Program-made: the position numbers and the translations under genes
Shown: one piece after another, positions 59,026 through 64,000 of the stretch
Numbering within the stretch: position 1 is the stretch's first letter
Layout of the letters: the number at the start of each line of letters is the position of its first letter
Assembly: GCA_032128875.1 (NCBI GenBank)
Contig: JAVLKG010000017.1
Coordinates: 1-64,000 of the forward strand
Direction of reading: 5' to 3'
Length of the DNA: 64,000 nt
Origin: Candidatus Melainabacteria bacterium 17Bon1m
Lineage (GTDB): Bacteria; Cyanobacteriota; Vampirovibrionia; Obscuribacterales; Obscuribacteraceae
Notes under the pieces: generated by a model
The model's database searches: none
What the model was told of the DNA's origin: nothing
What the model saw: only the letters and a program-made list of their open reading frames with translations

Positions 59026-59883
59026 TTATCTTGTGAAACTTGCTCTAGGATTTTTCTCCACTACTTTCATTTCTTGCGCTGATAAATCGAGCGGAATCCA
59101 GTCAATCTCAGCTTGCGCCAGCTTCTTCTTGGCGTTTTCTTTTGCGGCTGCCAGCTCGGCATTTGCTTTTCCTTTTTGTCCGAGCCTTGAATAAATCACT
59201 GCTCGACGCTTATATGCGGACATCAGCATTGGATCCCACTGAATTGCCGATGCGAAATCTGCTAGTGCTTCTTCGCTCTTTCCCACCGAGTCATATGCAG
59301 CGCCGCGTAAGTAACGCTCTTCAGGTCCGTCAATCTGGGAGATTGATTTTGTGAGATATTCAATAGCTTTCTTGTCGTCTTTCTTCGCCTGATACGCAAT
59401 GGCTATGAGTTTGTAGACTTCAATCTTCGAATCAGGACGATTCTTTCTTATCGCTTCTTCAGAGCGGCTAATAGCATCATCGTAATGCTTCAAATGAGTC
59501 GCAATGATTGCCCCGTAGTCAAACATTGAGCCGTTATCTGGATCAAGTCGCATAGCTTCTTTGATATCCTTTTCCGCTTCTTCGTACTTTTCAGTCCGCA
59601 TGTAGGTTTCGGCTCTAAGCTTATAACCGAAGCTGGGTTGAACTTTTATCAACTGATTGGCGATATCCAATGCAGCCGGATAATTTTTCACCCTTTCTGC
59701 TTCCATATGCTTGTTAAAAAGCTCGCTTGCTATTTTTTCCATTTCCGCATCTTCGGCGGAAGTCTTCGATATCCCGTTCTGTGTTGTACTTGAATTTGAG
59801 CTGCAAGACACAACGAAAACCGCAACAGAAACAACGACCGCTGTTGCAAGATACTTTTTCTTCAGAAACATGTTTCCGAACAC
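59026..59883 (-). CDS. TPR lipoprotein
   Basis: Lipobox-like 'VVSC'; multiple TPRs. Confidence 0.8.
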   Translation of the reverse strand: MFGNMFLKKKYLATAVVVSVAVFVVSCSSNSSTTQNGISKTSAEDAEMEKIASELFNKHMEAERVKNYPAALDIANQLIKVQPSFGYKLRAETYMRTEKYEEAEKDIKEAMRLDPDNGSMFDYGAIIATHLKHYDDAISRSEEAIRKNRPDSKIEVYKLIAIAYQAKKDDKKAIEYLTKSISQIDGPEERYLRGAAYDSVGKSEEALADFASAIQWDPMLMSAYKRRAVIYSRLGQKGKANAELAAAKENAKKKLAQAEIDWIPLDLSAQEMKVVEKNPRASFTR

Positions 59884-60083
59884 CTCATGACGAAAGAGTC
59901 ATTGTAAAAAGGACGCCGGGAAACCATTGTTCAGACTAACACGGCCGACCTTTCATACTCAAATTCCTTCCGCATCAAATTTGGCATTCTCGCAAATAAT
60001 TGTCACTGTGGAATTGTGCATAGCTCAATTGCAAAGTCGTCTTCAGGGCTCACAAACTGCTTGCGATTGTCTACTTTAGGGTC

Positions 60084-60395
60084 TTACGCGTCTGGAATCA
60101 AATGACCGTCAGCGCTCTTTACACCGTTGCCTTCGTCAAACCAAATTTCTGTACCTTCTGGAATATCTGTTTTTTGATATCCAGGCTCAATTGAAAAGGA
60201 GAACGGACGTTCTGCTGAAGGTGGCGAGGGTAGCTCTAGGTAAGCTTTGCTGCGAATTATCGAGCCATCAGGACGTTTTAACTCGATAACGCCGCCATGC
60301 TGAAATCCCGCAATTGAGCCTATTGCGTCACTAACAAGTACAAGTCTGTCTTGCAATTGAAAAACCTTTTGTACTTTAAACGCAGCAATTACCAT
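60084..60395 (-). CDS. putative immunity protein (beta-barrel)
   Basis: Overlaps the toxin stop; 'FKVQKVFQL..R', 'IELKRPDG' and 'KTDIPEGTEIW'. Confidence 0.6.
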   Translation of the reverse strand: MVIAAFKVQKVFQLQDRLVLVSDAIGSIAGFQHGGVIELKRPDGSIIRSKAYLELPSPPSAERPFSFSIEPGYQKTDIPEGTEIWFDEGNGVKSADGHLIPDA

Positions 60396-61882
60396 CGCTT
60401 TTCACCTATTTCAAACGGTGTATATCCAAATCTCATAGCCTTGTCGATTTCATTCTCTTTCAGAACTTCTAAGACTTGCACTTCATTATCCGTCAATCCG
60501 AGCATCTTTCGATGTCTGAGCATGAAGTCTTTCACCCTTACTTCACCAATCACTCCGGGCATGTCTTTGGCAGTAAAGAAGCCCAGTTTGCCTTGAGTTC
60601 CGTGTAAGAACTCTTCCAAGGCAGCTATTTTACTAGGGTTTGGCTTGAGTAAAATGTGATTCAGCTCACTGCCGCCAGTGTTCGCTTCTGCTCCGATGAA
60701 TTTTAGGTATTCCATTTCTTCGGATCCAGGCGCTGCAAAGACTATTTCACGTCCCTTCGCCTTCATACCGGCCAGCAATTCTTCAGATGCTGGCTGAAGC
60801 TCCAGGTGTTTGAGATGATCCGGCACTTCCGGCATGTTGAGAGCATCATGGGCTTTTTGAATGTCGTCGAAATACCCCTTCGGTACTCCAGCCAATTCAA
60901 GTTCTTGCGCCGAAAGCCCCTTTGCCCGCAAGTATTCGAAGAACATTTGTTTTGTCTGCTGCGCTAACTGAGGCGAAGTATGTGCGCTAAGTTCAATAGA
61001 CTGCAGGCTTTCTTGAACAGTTTTTAAAAACGCCTGATCAAGTTTCGTTCCGACTTTACCGGCAATTTTCAAAGCCAATTCGGCTCCTTCTGTACTGCCT
61101 TCTGGATTTCCCATTCCGAACATAAATTTGCCGATCACTTGTCCCTGTTCTCTTTTGGGAAGTGACGAATATTGCTCGCTGCCTTCTTGGATCATGTTGC
61201 CGAGCCGTTCCAACGCATGATTGACAGCGTTTGGATCTTTGCTCATTGCATCAAGCGTACTGCCCACTGCATGAAAAAGGGGATCGTTTATTGCATTTGG
61301 TTGAGCTAAAAAGTTCGCAACTGTTCCATCGGTCAGTGCCTTCCATCCGAGAGCAGCCGCGGACTTCGTTTCTTCTTTTGCAATGTTTAAGCCTTCTGCA
61401 ATTCCGATAGCTTTGTCGATTTCGCCTTGAAAATACGTCTTCCAGCCTTCGGGATCGGTTGCTCTTTTTGTAGCGGCCTGTATAAATGCCGACAGCTTCT
61501 CAGATGGAGTTCTTGTATCTCTTTTTTCCTCATAGTCCATACCGAGAGCAAACATGCCTTTTGTCTTTCCCTGCGGATAATCTATGACTGTTCCGGTATC
61601 TGCCGCAGAGCCGTTCCCAGGCTTGTTCGAGTCGAACAGTTGAAAACGATTCGCTTGAATTTCAGCCACTCTGGCATTGTATTGATCGACCGTTTCATTT
61701 GCTCCAATGGCAATCATTTCCGGCTCGGATAGAGACCTGTCATTGGCATGCGAAATATCATTTGCAGCTGCATGTACTTCCTGATTTTTCTGACCACCGA
61801 TCACTCCAGAGACTGCTGCTGCCTCTGGTGTCTTTTGCGGAGTTTTTTCTATTTGCTTGCTTGATTCGTCAGTGTCTGCCAC
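60389..61882 (-). CDS. polymorphic-toxin-like protein with C-terminal zincin-like domain
   Basis: Low-complexity N-terminus, helical pre-toxin region and C-terminal 'ALEEFLHGTQ..E..VKDF'. Confidence 0.6.
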   Translation of the reverse strand: MADTDESSKQIEKTPQKTPEAAAVSGVIGGQKNQEVHAAANDISHANDRSLSEPEMIAIGANETVDQYNARVAEIQANRFQLFDSNKPGNGSAADTGTVIDYPQGKTKGMFALGMDYEEKRDTRTPSEKLSAFIQAATKRATDPEGWKTYFQGEIDKAIGIAEGLNIAKEETKSAAALGWKALTDGTVANFLAQPNAINDPLFHAVGSTLDAMSKDPNAVNHALERLGNMIQEGSEQYSSLPKREQGQVIGKFMFGMGNPEGSTEGAELALKIAGKVGTKLDQAFLKTVQESLQSIELSAHTSPQLAQQTKQMFFEYLRAKGLSAQELELAGVPKGYFDDIQKAHDALNMPEVPDHLKHLELQPASEELLAGMKAKGREIVFAAPGSEEMEYLKFIGAEANTGGSELNHILLKPNPSKIAALEEFLHGTQGKLGFFTAKDMPGVIGEVRVKDFMLRHRKMLGLTDNEVQVLEVLKENEIDKAMRFGYTPFEIGEKRW

Positions 61883-62002
61883 GCTCTTGGCCTCGAACTA
61901 GCAAGTAGTATGTACCCATCTGCGCCTAAAAGACTTGGATACAGCCAGTCGACTTTCGCGCAGTTACATAAGCTACTGAAATTTTGCTTGCAAACGCTCA
62001 CT

Positions 62003-62512
62003 TCAAGGGGACTTCTTCACTTTCTTAGCCTTTGGCTTTCCTTTAGGTTTTGCGGAAGGAACGTCCACTCCGTCGAAAAACATCTGTTTAGTCTTTGCCG
62101 GATCACGTTTTAGCTTTGCCAGATCAACTGCTAGACCATCGTTTACATGCTTCGACCATTCTTCTGATTCTTTCTTGGCGCGAGCACGGATGCCTTCCAA
62201 AACCTCCGGCGGGACTTGGTCAGCCGAAGTCAATCGATATACTTCCATATCAACGGCAATACTTTCCGCTGCGGCTCTCCAGCAAAGTACGAGCATCCTG
62301 CAAAGCTCTTCTTCAAACGTTCTTACGTAATTCAATACTTGTCCGTAATACGGACTTGCCAACTCATCTGCCTTGTTTTCGATTTGCCTGTCAATCGCCG
62401 CTCTGATGAAATCAGTTCGCGTCTGGTCCCTTTTGAGCATGCGATCGATATGCGCCAGGCGCGACTTTTCAACTCGAATGTGGATGTCCGTGTAGATTTT
62501 TTTTCTTGGCAT
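62003..62512 (-). CDS. ribbon-helix-helix protein, paralog of 4939..5487
   Basis: 'DIHIRV..TRTDFIRAAI' and 'CWRAAAESIAVD'. Confidence 0.7.
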   Translation of the reverse strand: MPRKKIYTDIHIRVEKSRLAHIDRMLKRDQTRTDFIRAAIDRQIENKADELASPYYGQVLNYVRTFEEELCRMLVLCWRAAAESIAVDMEVYRLTSADQVPPEVLEGIRARAKKESEEWSKHVNDGLAVDLAKLKRDPAKTKQMFFDGVDVPSAKPKGKPKAKKVKKSP

Positions 62513-62743
62513 AAGCGTGGATACGATAAAAGGTAAACAGAGAAAGAGAAATTACTATCTGTGGATTAGTTATGCCCGCATGTTTCAATGTTCTCACCCT
62601 GCATTAGAATGAGAGTGTGGGTTGGGAATGAGGCACGGACGCAGATTTCCGCTGACCCATAAAGGTAGTTAAACAGTTGGTAGAACAGCTCCTCTCGCCA
62701 GGAGTTTGTTTTCATGCGCCTTTGGGTGCAAAGGAGGTTTGTT

Positions 62744-62815
62744 TTGTTGGAGTTTGCTGCGCTATTGGCGGTTTTCACCGTCTGGACGGCTCTTGTTTTA
62801 AAAACACAGCAGTAA
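62744..62815 (+). CDS. 23-aa hydrophobic peptide MLEFAALLAVFTVWTALVLKTQQ (type I toxin-like)
   Basis: AAGGAGG at 62731-62737, TTG at 62744, TAA at 62813-62815; homolog of 5682..5750. Confidence 0.72.
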   Translation: MLEFAALLAVFTVWTALVLKTQQ

Positions 62816-62835
62816 AGGAGGTTTGCTGTATCTAT

Positions 62836-62873
62836 ACGCCGGCGCTGATTCAGTTCAGCGCCGGCGTTTTTTT
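62836..62873 (+). terminator. strong intrinsic terminator
   Basis: ACGCCGGCGCTGA-N6-TCAGCGCCGGCGT followed by a T-tract. Confidence 0.85.
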
Positions 62874-62899
62874 GAGCAACTTTTGCTCAACACGTTTTA

Positions 62900-63895
62900 T
62901 CAATATCGCCAGTAATCGGCTATCGATTCAATCTTATTGTCGATGGCTGCTAGCTCTCCATGAATCTCGAACAGGTCATGCATTGCGTGCGCAACCAAGG
63001 CATTTAGATTGCCAAATACAGATGCCGGAAACATTTCCAACGTATCTAGATGTTCAAGGAAATATTCCAATCTGAAAATGAGTGCTGTCAGATCATGCCA
63101 GTGAACACTATTTTTAGGCATTCTGCTCCTGTAAAACCGCGCAAAGGCAATGAGCTTTTTTAAGCTCGTTTCGACGATCCAATGAAAGCTTAAGAACGAG
63201 GTCAACTCCGGATCAAGTTCTAGATCCGGCAGAAAATCCTGAAACGGAAAGCCGATTTGAGTACTAGTGCCAAAGTTCAAAGGCTGAAATTGAGGCAGCA
63301 AAGTCGCTGATTCTAGAATCCCCGATGGCAGCTTGGTCTGAGCGTAGTCAAATTGCTTTTGAAGCGCTAGATATCCGGCATTTGCCTCATTAACCCAATT
63401 CATAAGGCCGTTTTGATGTGCAAGATCCCTGGCAAAGTCCAAAGTCTGCAAGTTTGCTCCAAGGACACTCAAGTCGGGAAGCCGATTGGCAGCAAGAATT
63501 GCGTGTGAGGGCAATATGTCCAGTTGGGCTAAACCAACAGGAGGGCTAGGTACCCAGGCTTCCCAGAGTGCTGGTTTCATTTGTTCCACAAGTAGTCTTT
63601 GTGACTTTTCTGCTGCACTTTGTTGCGCTGCAATTGCCTCAAGCATTGGATCTCGATAGGAGACCAATTGAGGAATTGGCATGACTAATCGAGCCGCGTC
63701 TTGCTGGAGGCGCATCTGCACTTCAGGAATCTGCATTATCATTCGCGAATGGTCCACCACAAGCGAGCGACTTAGCTCTGCAAAATCGAAACCAACTCCA
63801 ATTCGTGGGGGTTGTATAGCGGCTACAGTTCGAGCCATGTCGTCTGCAATTCTGGCTGCTTGCGTCATTGGCCATTGATCGATATCCATTGCCAA
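62900..63895 (-). CDS. hypothetical protein
   Basis: 331 aa ORF; no family recognised; may extend upstream. Confidence 0.55.
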   Translation of the reverse strand: MAMDIDQWPMTQAARIADDMARTVAAIQPPRIGVGFDFAELSRSLVVDHSRMIMQIPEVQMRLQQDAARLVMPIPQLVSYRDPMLEAIAAQQSAAEKSQRLLVEQMKPALWEAWVPSPPVGLAQLDILPSHAILAANRLPDLSVLGANLQTLDFARDLAHQNGLMNWVNEANAGYLALQKQFDYAQTKLPSGILESATLLPQFQPLNFGTSTQIGFPFQDFLPDLELDPELTSFLSFHWIVETSLKKLIAFARFYRSRMPKNSVHWHDLTALIFRLEYFLEHLDTLEMFPASVFGNLNALVAHAMHDLFEIHGELAAIDNKIESIADYWRY

Positions 63896-64000
63896 TCCGT
63901 GCAGTGCATTAGCAGGTGACTTTCTCGATTTAGGACTGGTCTGCTTGCCTGGCTCTTTTGCAACGCTGGAAGCGGTTGTTACAGCTTTTTCAACGCTTTT

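Noticed and set aside
62566-63075. ORFs 62566..62778 and 62677..63075
   Set aside because: They cross a strong terminator or the better-supported 23-aa peptide gene; shadow ORFs.

Overview
This window looks like part of a large plasmid or other mobile replicon. A Melainabacteria/Obscuribacterales-like host is only a guess from protein style. No rRNA, tRNA or CRISPR array was seen. Layout: (1) 0.3-7.4 kb is a defence-like cluster (DUF5677/HEPN-like, AbiJ-type nuclease, DUF4365 pair) plus a tyrosine recombinase. (2) 8.8-13.8 kb is a replication/partition module. It has an HTH-coiled-coil protein beside about 20 GTCTRGAC repeats, a GATC cluster, a catalytically dead AEP primase paralog, an XRE repressor, a predicted ~100-nt antisense RNA and an intact AEP-type Rep. 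(3) 14.7-48 kb is a metal-homeostasis island: ArsR, three CDF transporters, MgtC, MerC-like, two CzcA-type RND operons and an alpha-carbonic anhydrase. It also carries three Cys-rich RAPP-like leader peptides, two Cys/His tandem-wHTH paralogs, two orphan AbiEi-like regulators and two recurrent upstream DNA motifs. (4) 48-54.6 kb holds more defence genes, including a ubiquitin-like/E2/JAB-E1 operon followed by a diadenylate-cyclase-domain gene. (5) 54.7-58 kb resembles a plasmid leading region (long hairpins, GP88-like, ssb). (6) 58-64 kb has TPR proteins and a toxin/immunity pair. The most striking unannotated signal is a module present twice (4.9-5.8 kb and 62.0-62.9 kb): an RHH gene divergent from a 22-23 aa hydrophobic peptide (TVWTAL), with conserved GTGGATA boxes 44 bp apart.
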